Below are positions 50,468 through 59,435 of a DNA stretch of 64,000 nt, in pieces. The DNA lies in NCBI GenBank assembly GCA_902774175.1, contig CACYHG010000002.1, positions 27,297 through 91,296 on the forward strand, read 5' to 3'. A model generated the notes under the pieces. The model saw nothing but the letters and a program-made list of their open reading frames with translations, was not told where the DNA came from and did no database searches. This DNA is from an uncultured Bacteroidota bacterium. GTDB lineage: Bacteria > Bacteroidota > Bacteroidia > Bacteroidales > WCHB1-69. Both the position numbers and the translations under genes were made by a program. Within the stretch, counting starts at the first letter, position 1. Each line of letters starts with the position of its first letter.

Positions 50468-51193
50468 TTAGCGGACCACCTGGATTTTCTCCACGCGGGT
50501 GGCTTTTTCGCTCTGCATCTTCACAATGTAGAGGCCGGCACTGAGGTCGTTGACGGAGATGGTGGTGTTGCCGTTGGCGGTAACATTCTTCACCAGCTGG
50601 CCGTTGGCGGCATAGATGTTCACCAGCAGATTGTTGGCGTTCTCAATGTTCAGGCTGTTGCGGACAGGGTTCGGATAGAGGCGGACATTCTCAAGATAGG
50701 CCTCTTCTATGCCAACATTTGGGACGAATTCAACCGTGAAGTGACCGTTGAAAGGATAGGCGTCCTCAATGTCGGTCTTGGTGCCGTTGGTGTATTTTCC
50801 GGTGATTTTGCTGGAAAGCACATTGGCATACGGTCCTTCAACAAACATGTTGGCAGGAACGTTGACGGAGATGGCGAGCATGGAGACGGAGTCCAGTTTC
50901 AGACCGTTGGTCAGGCAGACAGCGCCTTTAATCATGTCGGTTCCGTTCAGGCCCATGGTGAGGTAGAGGCTGTCTCCAGCGGCCAGGTCGGCGGCACCGT
51001 TCATGGAGTTCTTGATAACCAGAATCCAGTTGAACTTGTAGGTTTTGGTGCGGTCGATGTTAGGAATGCTGAGGGAGTCCCACATCCTGATGGAGGTTTC
51101 CGAAGCCTGGTAGCCAATCAGAGTGAATTGTGCATTGGCCTTGGTGCAGCAGAACATTGCTGCGACTGCGAAAAGGAAGAAAAGTTTTTTCAT
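50468..51193 (-). CDS. Secreted protein (241 aa) with T9SS C-terminal sorting domain
   Basis: Signal peptide MKKLFFLFAVAAMFCCTKANAQ. The C-terminus VRLYPNPVRNSLNIE...LSAGLYIVKMQSEKATRVEKIQVVR has the Por-secretion-tail pattern. Confidence 0.8.
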   Translation of the reverse strand: MKKLFFLFAVAAMFCCTKANAQFTLIGYQASETSIRMWDSLSIPNIDRTKTYKFNWILVIKNSMNGAADLAAGDSLYLTMGLNGTDMIKGAVCLTNGLKLDSVSMLAISVNVPANMFVEGPYANVLSSKITGKYTNGTKTDIEDAYPFNGHFTVEFVPNVGIEEAYLENVRLYPNPVRNSLNIENANNLLVNIYAANGQLVKNVTANGNTTISVNDLSAGLYIVKMQSEKATRVEKIQVVR

Positions 51194-51250
51194 GTGTTGT
51201 GTTTTTTAATAGTTAAAAAATTTAATTTTGTAATTTCTAATTTCAGATTG

Positions 51251-51258
51251 CAAAAGTA
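51251..51258 (-). promoter_or_regulatory. -7 box (TACTTTTG) for the T9SS-cargo gene
   Basis: The plus strand reads caaaagta, 58 nt upstream of the ATG at 51193. Confidence 0.45.
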
Positions 51259-51260
51259 GT

Positions 51261-51268
51261 TATTTTTG
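51261..51268 (+). promoter_or_regulatory. -7 box TATTTTTG for tadA (back-to-back with the previous box)
   Basis: tatttttg lies 48 nt upstream of the ATG at 51316. Confidence 0.45.
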
Positions 51269-51315
51269 CAATTCAAAAAAGAGATTGTCCAAAAAAAAAG
51301 TAATTTTTTTTAACG

Positions 51316-51771
51316 ATGGCGGAAAAAGAGGATGAATTTTGGATGCAAGAGGCGGTAAAAGAGGCATATAAGGCTTTGGATGCCGATGAGGTCCCGATAG
51401 GTGCCGTGGTGGTTTGCGGAGGGAAAATCATTGCCCGCGCCTTCAACATGACCGAAACTTTGCAGGATGTCACCGCACATGCCGAGATGCAGGCATTCAC
51501 TGCCGCGGCGGCGGATTCTGGTGGGAAATATTTGAAGGATTGCACTTTATATGTCACATTGCAACCCTGTCCCATGTGTGCCGGTGCCGCTTACTGGACA
51601 CAGATAGGCCGTGTTGTCTATGGCGCCACAGACCAGAAACACAGTAATATAGACAGAAAACCGCTCTTTCATCCAAGAACGGAGGTCACGGGAGGTGTGC
51701 TTGAACAGGAATGCATGGCGCCCTTGAAGCTCTTTTTCGCACGTAAAAGGAGACAGCAGGTTGGAAAATAA
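51316..51771 (+). CDS. tadA: tRNA adenosine(34) deaminase
   Basis: EVPIGAVVV, HAEMQA and the PCPMCAGA CDA-fold zinc motifs; 151 aa. Confidence 0.85.
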   Translation: MAEKEDEFWMQEAVKEAYKALDADEVPIGAVVVCGGKIIARAFNMTETLQDVTAHAEMQAFTAAAADSGGKYLKDCTLYVTLQPCPMCAGAAYWTQIGRVVYGATDQKHSNIDRKPLFHPRTEVTGGVLEQECMAPLKLFFARKRRQQVGK

Positions 51772-51789
51772 TCAAAACATTGTTCATAT

Positions 51790-53109
51790 ATGATAACATT
51801 ACATTGGAATACGGGATACCGAAACGGGATTCCCGAAACGGAGGTGGAGGAGAGGTTCCGCACCCTGTTGCGTCGCGACGGGGCCGGCAACGATTTTTTG
51901 GGCTGGATGGATCCGGAAAGCATCGCTCCGGAGGACTTGATTTCTGAAATCGTTGCGGAGGCGGAGCGTCTCCGCAGGCTGGCAAAGGTTGTCGTGGTGG
52001 CCGGCATCGGCGGCTCCTACTTGGGTGCGCGCGCGGTGATTGAGGCGCTTTCCCCGGCCTATCCGGCGGAGGATCAGGTGCGCATAGCCTATGCGGGCAA
52101 CAGCCTTTCGGAAGACGACATGCATGATTTGCTGGAACTGCTTGACCGGACCGATTATGCTGTGATTGTGATTTCAAAGTCGGGTACCACGACGGAGACG
52201 GCGGTCAGCTTCCGGCTGCTGCAGGCGCATTGTGAGCGCAAATACGGCGCACAGGCGGTGGAACGCATTGTATGCATCACCGACAAGGAGAAGGGCGCCC
52301 TTAAAAAACTTGCGGTGCGGAAAGGCTATCCCTGCTACATCCTTCCTGACGATGTCGGCGGGCGCTATTCGGTGCTTACACCGGTCGGGCTGCTCCCGAT
52401 AGCGGTGGCCGGTTTCGACATCCGTGCATTGGTGCACGAGGCTGCCGCCATGAAAGGCGAAATCTTGAAGCAGGGTGTCGCGCATGACGCGGTCAGGTAC
52501 GCATGTCACCGCAACACGCTTTACCGTCAGGGCACTGCCATTGAGGTGTTGGCTTCATTCGAGCCGAGGCTGCATTATATTATTGAATGGTGGAAACAGC
52601 TCTACGGCGAAAGCGAGGGCAAAGAGCAAAAGGGCCTGTTCCCGGCCGGTGTGGTCTACACCACCGACCTGCACTCCATGGGTCAGTTCATGCAGGAGGG
52701 AAGCCGTCTGATGATGGAGAGCTTCCTGACCGTGGCCTCCCCGCAAAACAGCTGCGCTGTGCCGATGCTTCCGGAAGAGGAGAATCTTGACCAGCTGAAC
52801 TATCTTGCAGGCAGAAGGCTGCATGAAATCAACAGGCAGGCCTACCTGGGCACTGCGCTTGCGCATGAGGACGGAGGCGTGCCCTCCCTGACGATTGAAC
52901 TGGAGAGGCTGGATGCCGAAAATCTCGGACGGCTTCTCTATTTCTTTGAATTCGCCTGCGCGATAAGCGGGTACCTTCTGGGCGTCAATCCGTTTGACCA
53001 ACCGGGTGTGGAAGCCTACAAGCGCAACATGTTCGCCCTGTTGGGCAAAAAAGGCTATGAGCAGGAGGGTGTCGCCCTTAGGGAGCGTCTCGAACAGAAA
53101 AATGCCTGA
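51790..53109 (+). CDS. pgi: Glucose-6-phosphate isomerase (short ~440-aa type)
   Basis: VVVAGIGGSYLGARA, ISKSGTTTET, GGRYSVLTPVGLLP and NPFDQPGVEAYK. Confidence 0.9.
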   Translation: MITLHWNTGYRNGIPETEVEERFRTLLRRDGAGNDFLGWMDPESIAPEDLISEIVAEAERLRRLAKVVVVAGIGGSYLGARAVIEALSPAYPAEDQVRIAYAGNSLSEDDMHDLLELLDRTDYAVIVISKSGTTTETAVSFRLLQAHCERKYGAQAVERIVCITDKEKGALKKLAVRKGYPCYILPDDVGGRYSVLTPVGLLPIAVAGFDIRALVHEAAAMKGEILKQGVAHDAVRYACHRNTLYRQGTAIEVLASFEPRLHYIIEWWKQLYGESEGKEQKGLFPAGVVYTTDLHSMGQFMQEGSRLMMESFLTVASPQNSCAVPMLPEEENLDQLNYLAGRRLHEINRQAYLGTALAHEDGGVPSLTIELERLDAENLGRLLYFFEFACAISGYLLGVNPFDQPGVEAYKRNMFALLGKKGYEQEGVALRERLEQKNA

Positions 53110-53111
53110 CC

Positions 53112-53975
53112 GTGGAGTACTATCTGGATATGGATCCGGCCTATGCCGGATATGAAAAGGCGGCGTATGTGCTGCTTCCCGTCCCGTATGACGGCACCAG
53201 CACCTATGTGAAGGGGGCTGACAAGGGGCCGCAGGCCCTGATTGACGCCTCGGACAGCATCGAGCTGTATGACGTTGAGGAGGACTATGAACCATACCTT
53301 GACGGAATCCACACCTCGTCACCTGTCGTCACCGGTTCGGAAACACCGGAGGAGATGGTGGCGGCGGTCCGTGCCCGTACGGCGGAGGTGCTGCGTGACG
53401 GCAAGATGGCTGTGGTTCTTGGCGGGGAGCATTCCGTCAGTGCGGGAAGCATCGCGGCCTATGCCGAAAAATATCCGGACCTTTCCGTCCTGCAGCTTGA
53501 CGCACATGCCGACATGCGTGACTCCTATCTGGGGTCGCCATATAACCATGCCTGCGTCATGCGGCGGGTCAAGGAGATATGTCCGGTGGTGCAGGTGGGC
53601 ATCCGCAGTGTCTGCATCGAGGAGAAGGATGAGCTTGATCCGCGCACGACCGTATATGCGCACCAGTTGGAAAAAGAGTCCGGCTGGATGGAACGCGCAA
53701 TTTCCGGACTGACGGAGAATGTCTATCTCACAATTGATTTAGATGCGTTCGACCCGTCGCTGCTGCCCTCTACGGGAACACCGTTCCCGGGCGGGATGCG
53801 ATGGCGGCAGGTGCTGGATATGGTTGACGCGGTGAATGCAAGCCGGAACATTGTCGGCTTCGACATCGTGGAGCTATGCCCGAACCCGCATGACAAATCC
53901 TCCGATGTGCTGGCGGCGGTGCTGCTGTACAAGATTCTGGCAAAAATCGGGAAAAAGGTCGGGAGATGCGGATAA
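53112..53975 (+). CDS. speB: Agmatinase (arginase/ureohydrolase family)
   Basis: The motifs GGEHSVS, QLDAHADMRD and LTIDLDAFDPS are Mn ligands. The track start at 53112 is GTG; the first ATG is at 53130 (MDPAYAG...). Confidence 0.8.
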   Translation: MEYYLDMDPAYAGYEKAAYVLLPVPYDGTSTYVKGADKGPQALIDASDSIELYDVEEDYEPYLDGIHTSSPVVTGSETPEEMVAAVRARTAEVLRDGKMAVVLGGEHSVSAGSIAAYAEKYPDLSVLQLDAHADMRDSYLGSPYNHACVMRRVKEICPVVQVGIRSVCIEEKDELDPRTTVYAHQLEKESGWMERAISGLTENVYLTIDLDAFDPSLLPSTGTPFPGGMRWRQVLDMVDAVNASRNIVGFDIVELCPNPHDKSSDVLAAVLLYKILAKIGKKVGRCG

Positions 53976-54814
53976 GGGCCTTGGAAAAGGAGCTGCTTTC
54001 CCGTCTGCAGCCGCTCGGGCTGGAGGCTCAGCCGGTCACCAGACTTATCATGGAGCATTTTACGGGTCGGAATGCGATTTATGTCTCGCTTCATCCCGAA
54101 GATGAGGCGGATCCGGAGGCAGAGGCGGCGGCGCTTGAGGCAGCTGCCGTTGTGGGTCAGGGTGTTCCGGTGCAGTATGTGCTGCGCGAGGCCTGGTTCT
54201 ACGGCAGGAGGTTCAAGGTCGATGAAAGGGTCCTGATACCTCGTCCTGAAACGGAGGAGCTGGTGCATTGGCTGTTGGGGGAGCATCCCGATGCGGAACG
54301 GTGCCGTATGGCGGACTGGTGTACTGGCAGCGGCTGCATTGCAGTGACGGTGGCTGTGGAGCGTCCCTCATGGCAGTGTGTCGCGATGGATGCCTTTGGG
54401 CCTGTGCTTGAACTGGCACGGGAAAACGGTGAGGCCTTGGGTGCCGCCGTGCGATGGCAGCGGCGTGACCTGCTGGTTGATACGTCCCTGCCGCACGAGA
54501 GGGCCTTCTACGACCTGATAACATGCAACCCGCCTTACGTCAGGGAGGGGGAGCGGCTTCAGGTGCCGGACAGGGTCAAGTTGCATGAACCTGCCGCTGC
54601 GCTGTTTGTGCCGGATGACGATCCGCTCGTGTTCTACAGGGCGTTGGCCGGATGGGGGCGCGTCGCGCTGCGGGAGAAGGGTGCGATTTATCTTGAAATA
54701 AATGAATCTCTTGGCATGGAGACTTCGGAACTCCTGCAATCGCAGGGGTATGATGTGGAGCTCCGGAGGGACATGCAGGGGAAGGAGAGGATGATAAAAG
54801 CAATAATAATGTGA
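53966..54814 (+). CDS. prmC: Release-factor glutamine N5-methyltransferase
   Basis: VLIPRPETEELV, the SAM motif DWCTGSGCIA and the catalytic NPPY (TCNPPYV). Confidence 0.85.
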   Translation: MRIRALEKELLSRLQPLGLEAQPVTRLIMEHFTGRNAIYVSLHPEDEADPEAEAAALEAAAVVGQGVPVQYVLREAWFYGRRFKVDERVLIPRPETEELVHWLLGEHPDAERCRMADWCTGSGCIAVTVAVERPSWQCVAMDAFGPVLELARENGEALGAAVRWQRRDLLVDTSLPHERAFYDLITCNPPYVREGERLQVPDRVKLHEPAAALFVPDDDPLVFYRALAGWGRVALREKGAIYLEINESLGMETSELLQSQGYDVELRRDMQGKERMIKAIIM

Positions 54815-55851
54815 TGGAAAACATATACGAACTTACTTTAGAGGATTGGAAACAATGGATGCGTGACCATGAGCAGCCCGCCTATCGGGCCACACAGCTG
54901 TACGAATGGCTGTGGAAACGGGACGCGAAGGAAATCAGTGGTATGCAGAACCTTCCGCTTCCACTTCGGGAGATGCTGGAACGGGAGTTCCGGATGCCGC
55001 AGATAAAGGTTGTCGAGCGGCAGGAGAGCGCGGACGGCAGTGTGAAGTATGCCTTGCGGCTGGAGGATGGGCAGCAGGTGGAGTCGGTGCTGATCCCGTC
55101 GCGGGAACGCAGCACGGTATGTATATCATCCCAGGCAGGCTGCCCGTTGGGATGCCGCTTTTGCGCCACCGCACACTTGGGCTTCAAACGGCATCTGACC
55201 GCATACGAAATGTATGCGCAGGTGGCCTTGGCCCGTTCCGAGTCCATGCAGCTGTACGGCCATGCGCTGAGCAACATCGTGTGGATGGGCATGGGCGAGC
55301 CTCTGCTCAATTTCGATGCGGTGAAGTCTGCTGTGGGGCGGGTTACGGCTGCGGACGGGATGGCAATGTCCCCCTCGCGCATAACCGTTTCCACCTCAGG
55401 TATCTGCCCCGGCATACGACGGATGGCCAAGGAGATGCCTTCGGTGAACCTTGCGGTTTCGCTGCATTCCGCCGACGACCTCCAGAGGCGTGAACTTATG
55501 CCTGTCGGGAAAAAATACCTGCTGACGGATCTCTCCGACGCCCTTTCCGCCTACCACGAAAGTACGGGTAACCGCATCACGATAGAATATATGCTGATGG
55601 ACAAGGTGAACGACACGATGCGCCATGCGGAGCTGCTGCTGAAATTCTGCCGCCGTTTTCCTGTAAAGGTCAACATTATCGAATACAATCCGCATCCGTA
55701 TGCCCCTTATAGGCCATCCGCTGCAGGGCGGGAAGCCGCGTTTGTCCGGATGCTTGAAGATAAAAACCTGATTGTGAACATACGGCGAAGCAAAGGCCGA
55801 GATATTGCAGCGGCTTGCGGACAGCTGGTGAACCTTCGCCGCCCCCAGTAG
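54814..55851 (+). CDS. rlmN: 23S rRNA/tRNA adenine-C2 methyltransferase (radical SAM)
   Basis: YRATQLYEWLW, the CPLGCRFCAT radical-SAM motif and GMGEPLLN. The ATG at 54814 overlaps the prmC stop (TGATG). Confidence 0.9.
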   Translation: MENIYELTLEDWKQWMRDHEQPAYRATQLYEWLWKRDAKEISGMQNLPLPLREMLEREFRMPQIKVVERQESADGSVKYALRLEDGQQVESVLIPSRERSTVCISSQAGCPLGCRFCATAHLGFKRHLTAYEMYAQVALARSESMQLYGHALSNIVWMGMGEPLLNFDAVKSAVGRVTAADGMAMSPSRITVSTSGICPGIRRMAKEMPSVNLAVSLHSADDLQRRELMPVGKKYLLTDLSDALSAYHESTGNRITIEYMLMDKVNDTMRHAELLLKFCRRFPVKVNIIEYNPHPYAPYRPSAAGREAAFVRMLEDKNLIVNIRRSKGRDIAAACGQLVNLRRPQ

Positions 55852-55904
55852 TCCGGATGCGGAAAAAAAATGGCATTTGTGCCGTTTTGTTTTGAAAAAA
55901 AGTG

Positions 55905-55912
55905 TACCTTTG
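55905..55912 (+). promoter_or_regulatory. -7 box TACCTTTG for the Fic-like gene
   Basis: tacctttg lies 16 nt upstream of the ATG at 55928. Confidence 0.45.
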
Positions 55913-55927
55913 CAAAAAATTATTCTC

Positions 55928-56689
55928 ATGAAGTTTGACAAAGTTGAAAAACTGGTAAAAACCTACAAGGAGCTGGTGGCTGAAACCGGATACAGCAAGG
56001 AGTATACCTATTATGAGCTTGTTTACAATGTAACTGCGTTTGAGGGTTCGCTGCTTACGGAATCGGAGGTGGTCGATCTGCTGAAATACGGTGAGGCGCC
56101 GAAAAAGAAGCCTGAAAAGCACATCGCTTTGGTTAAGGACTGCTACACGGCATTGCAGTATGTGCTGCAGATGACCAAAAAAAAGAAGCCGCTGACGGTC
56201 GAGGTGCTGCATGAGATTTCCGCACGGATCATGGCGCATACCGGCGGCGTCTGCAAGGGCGACCTGGAGAATTATGACTCATCCAAGGGGGAATTCCGGA
56301 AAGGGGTGGTGAAGAACGCCTCGCGCCTTTTCCCCGACTACAAGCGGCTCCCGTCACTGATGGGGCAGTTCTGTGACAATATCTCCAAGAACATCCGTCT
56401 GGCTGACAATGTGGAGGAGCGTTCCCTGCTGTCGTATAACGCCCTGTACGAATTGCTGAACGTGTTTCCGTTCGGGGAGGGTAATATGTGTGCCGCTTTC
56501 CTGATATACAATTACATACAGGCACTTTGCGATTTGCCGGTCTCATTCCTGTATAAGGTGGACGGAGTCCGTTTCCTGGCCATCTTCGACCAGGCGCGCA
56601 CCATGGGCAACCCGCATTCCTACCATGTTTTCTGCTTCAAGCAGTACATAAAGTTCCTGGAGGAGGAAATCGCTGAAATGAACAAATAG
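55928..56689 (+). CDS. Fic/DOC-fold protein with a degenerate active-site motif
   Basis: The alpha-helical protein reads VFPFGEGNMCAAF where the Fic motif H-P-F-x-[DE]-G-N-G-R-x-x-R is expected (His to Phe, Gly-Arg to Met-Cys). The start at 55928 (MKFDKVEKL) follows a -7 box. Confidence 0.55.
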   Translation: MKFDKVEKLVKTYKELVAETGYSKEYTYYELVYNVTAFEGSLLTESEVVDLLKYGEAPKKKPEKHIALVKDCYTALQYVLQMTKKKKPLTVEVLHEISARIMAHTGGVCKGDLENYDSSKGEFRKGVVKNASRLFPDYKRLPSLMGQFCDNISKNIRLADNVEERSLLSYNALYELLNVFPFGEGNMCAAFLIYNYIQALCDLPVSFLYKVDGVRFLAIFDQARTMGNPHSYHVFCFKQYIKFLEEEIAEMNK

Positions 56690-57739
56690 ATGAAAAGGTT
56701 ATTTCTTAAATTTTTCGCCGTCTGTACTCCTCTTCTGGTGACACTTGTCTCCTGTAAGGGAACGGGCGGACAGGGGGACGGGCTAATATCATCCTCCGGA
56801 CGTTCCAGCGAGGTGCTGGTGGTTTGTACTGAAGCCGAATGGCAGGGCGTGCTGGGCGATTCCCTTCGCGCCGTGCTGGAGGAGCCTGTGGTGGGACTGC
56901 CGCAGACCGAACCTATGTTCCGGGTGTCAAGGATTACTCCTGACCGTTTCGGCCCGATTTACCAGAAACAACGTAATATTTTGCAGTTCAAGGTTATGGA
57001 GGGCGAAACCAACTCCCGTCTTCTGGTGGAGAAGAACAAGTGGGCACGCCCCCAGATGTGCATAACCCTGTCGGCGGTGAGCGCCGATTCGATGGCCGCC
57101 GCCTTTTCGGCGGCAAAGGAACGGATTGTCGGATACCTGATGCAGGGGGAGATGGCGCGTTTCCAGCGTGCGCAGCATGCGCAGCAGGATGCCCATCTCA
57201 ACACATTGCTGCAGAAGAACTGCGCACTTTCCATGGTCTTTCCGGAAGGTTTCATCTATGCCGTGCACCGTCCTGATTTCTGCTGGCTGCGCAAGGAGAC
57301 CAAATACTGGGGGCAGCATGTCATGGTTTATACCGAGCCATACGTTTCTGAAAACCAGTTTTCACCTGAGTATATCGCCGCGCTGCGGAACCGCCATACA
57401 AAACAGTATGTCCAGGGCAGTGCGGACAGTTCCCGCGCACAGATTGACGACCGCTACTATCCGGTGACATACAATCCATGCACCTTCCCGAATTCGCCAT
57501 ACGCCATGGAGGCGCGTGGCCTGTGGGGGCTTTTCGGCCATCCCGGAGACATGATGGGAGGCCCATTTGTCTCATACACCCTGTTGGATACGCATTACAA
57601 CCGCGTTGTAACTGTGGACGGCTTCCTGTATGCCCCGTCGGATCCGAAACGGGACCTTCTCCGGCAGGTGGAGGCCATACTGAAGTCATTGAAGGTGACA
57701 GATTCGGTGGAGGTTCTTGGGGCGAAAAAGGGGCGTTGA
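56690..57739 (+). CDS. Hypothetical lipoprotein (349 aa)
   Basis: MKRLFLKFFAVCTPLLVTLVSCKG has a lipobox. The gene starts immediately after the Fic-like stop. Confidence 0.65.
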   Translation: MKRLFLKFFAVCTPLLVTLVSCKGTGGQGDGLISSSGRSSEVLVVCTEAEWQGVLGDSLRAVLEEPVVGLPQTEPMFRVSRITPDRFGPIYQKQRNILQFKVMEGETNSRLLVEKNKWARPQMCITLSAVSADSMAAAFSAAKERIVGYLMQGEMARFQRAQHAQQDAHLNTLLQKNCALSMVFPEGFIYAVHRPDFCWLRKETKYWGQHVMVYTEPYVSENQFSPEYIAALRNRHTKQYVQGSADSSRAQIDDRYYPVTYNPCTFPNSPYAMEARGLWGLFGHPGDMMGGPFVSYTLLDTHYNRVVTVDGFLYAPSDPKRDLLRQVEAILKSLKVTDSVEVLGAKKGR

Positions 57740-57794
57740 GGCCGCAGGTGAAAAAAATATGCGTCTCCGCTGTTAATGGCAACCTTTTTTTTTA

Positions 57795-57802
57795 TATATT
57801 TG
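57795..57802 (+). promoter_or_regulatory. -7 box TATATTTG for the YebC-family gene
   Basis: tatatttg lies 53 nt upstream of the ATG at 57855. Confidence 0.45.
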
Positions 57803-57854
57803 CATTTTTTAAAAACAAACTTAATTAATTGTTAACAAATTAAATATCAATAAA

Positions 57855-58580
57855 ATGGGACGAGCATTCGAGTATAGGAAAGCACGTAAGTTCAAAAGAT
57901 GGGGAAATATGGCGCGTGTCTTCACGCGATTGGGAAAGGAAATCACTATGGCCGCCAAGACCGGCGGTGCCGATCCGGACAATAACCCACGGTTGCGGCT
58001 GCTGATTCAGAACGCCCGTTCCGAAAACATGCCGAAGGACAATGTGGACCGTGCCATCAAGCGTGCCTTTGAGAAGGACACTTCCGACTATAAGGAGATA
58101 GTGTACGAGGGCTATGCTCCGCACGGCATCGCCCTGCTGATAGAGACGGCCACCGACAACAACCAGCGTACGGTTGCAAATATCCGCTCCTATTTCAACA
58201 AGTACGGCGGTTCGCTCGGCACACAGGGCATGCTTGACTTCATGTTCACCCGTAAAAGTGTCTTCACGGTGAAAGTGACACCGGAGATGGATTTGGAGAT
58301 GCTGGAGCTGGAGCTGATTGACTACGGTGTGGAGGAGCTTCTCGCCGAGGATGAGGAAACCATCGTCATCTATGCTAATTTCCAGTCTTTCGGTCCTGTG
58401 CAGAAATATTTGGAGGACAACGGTTTTGAGATTAAAAGCTTCCGCTTTGAGCGCGTGCCGTCCGAGCTGAAGGAGCTCACGCCGGAGGAGCGTGCCGATG
58501 TGGACAAGCTTATTGAAAAGATTGAGGAGGACGACGATGTGACCAACGTCTTCCACAATATGAAGGATGCGGACGAGTAG
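57855..58580 (+). CDS. YebC/PmpR-family DNA-binding/translation-associated protein
   Basis: MGRAFEYRKARKFKRWGNMARVFTRLGKEI...NPRLRLLIQNARSENMPKDNVDRAIKRA is highly characteristic of the family. Confidence 0.9.
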   Translation: MGRAFEYRKARKFKRWGNMARVFTRLGKEITMAAKTGGADPDNNPRLRLLIQNARSENMPKDNVDRAIKRAFEKDTSDYKEIVYEGYAPHGIALLIETATDNNQRTVANIRSYFNKYGGSLGTQGMLDFMFTRKSVFTVKVTPEMDLEMLELELIDYGVEELLAEDEETIVIYANFQSFGPVQKYLEDNGFEIKSFRFERVPSELKELTPEERADVDKLIEKIEEDDDVTNVFHNMKDADE

Positions 58581-58586
58581 CCGGAA

Positions 58587-59435
58587 ATGAAAAAGTTGCT
58601 GACAAGGAGCATTACTGGCGCGCTGTTTGTGGCGGTGATGGTGTTTTCCATCTTATGGAGCAATGTCCTGTTGTTCAACGTGCTGCTGGTGTTCACATGT
58701 ATTGCGCTCTATGAATACCGTGACATCCTGTGGCAGAACGACATCCATCTCCCTATGGCACTTTTCTACACCATCAGCCTGTTGGTCTATTTCCTGCTTT
58801 CGGCTGTCAGCCTGTATCTCCCGTTCCGGTTCATCATGCTGGTTGCAGTCTGCCTTATGCTGCTGTTTCCGGTCGCAGCGCTGTTCCGCAGGAAGGATGG
58901 GGAGGAGGCTTTCCGAGATTTGGGGTATCTCTATACCGCCGTGGTGTGGATTGTGCTCCCTTTCTCCCTGTTGAATTTCTTCCCGATAGCGGGTTTGAAT
59001 GGCTCAGGTGCCGGATTGCAGTCCGGACGGTGGCTTCTGCTGGCCTTCTTCCTGACCATCTGGGCTAACGACACTTTCGCCTATTGTGTCGGGAGCATGG
59101 TGGGGCGGCATCCGTTTTTTGAGCGCATCTCCCCAAAGAAAACTTGGGAGGGCACGATTGGCGGAGGATTGCTCACTCTGGTGCTCAGCGGATTCTATAT
59201 GCTTTTCTTTCCGCAGATTCCGTTCCGGCTGCCGCAATGGTTGGGCTTTGCCCTGATTGTTGTGGTTTTTGGCACGCTCGGCGATCTGGTGGAATCGCTT
59301 TTCAAGCGCCGTATGGGCGTGAAGGATTCGGGCAGCCTGCTTCCAGGGCACGGTGGTGTGCTTGACCGCTTTGACTCTTCGCTGCTTGCCGCTCCGTTCG
59401 CGCTATTGTATGTGATAACCATTAATATGTTATAA
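58587..59435 (+). CDS. cdsA: Phosphatidate cytidylyltransferase
   Basis: Multi-pass membrane protein with the signature SLFKRRMGVKDSGSLLPGHGGVLDRFDS. Confidence 0.85.
   Translation: MKKLLTRSITGALFVAVMVFSILWSNVLLFNVLLVFTCIALYEYRDILWQNDIHLPMALFYTISLLVYFLLSAVSLYLPFRFIMLVAVCLMLLFPVAALFRRKDGEEAFRDLGYLYTAVVWIVLPFSLLNFFPIAGLNGSGAGLQSGRWLLLAFFLTIWANDTFAYCVGSMVGRHPFFERISPKKTWEGTIGGGLLTLVLSGFYMLFFPQIPFRLPQWLGFALIVVVFGTLGDLVESLFKRRMGVKDSGSLLPGHGGVLDRFDSSLLAAPFALLYVITINML

Noticed and set aside
50159-51259. 366-aa plus-strand ORF
   Set aside because: It is antisense to cdd and the T9SS-cargo gene and spans their intergenic terminator. It has no motifs and is a shadow ORF.
57840-58556. 238-aa minus-strand ORF
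   Set aside because: It is antisense to the highly characteristic YebC-family gene and is a shadow ORF. The same reasoning applies to 47668-48297 and 48391-49143 (antisense to pepP), 52555-53322 (antisense to pgi/speB), 22575-23432 (murF), 25229-25951 and 26669-27316 (FN3 gene), 28476-29471, 32826-33737 and the many other ORFs inside the giant gene, 15680-16462, 17329-17859, 41634-42245, 43596-44921 (uvrB), 54882-55493 (rlmN) and 55676-56239.
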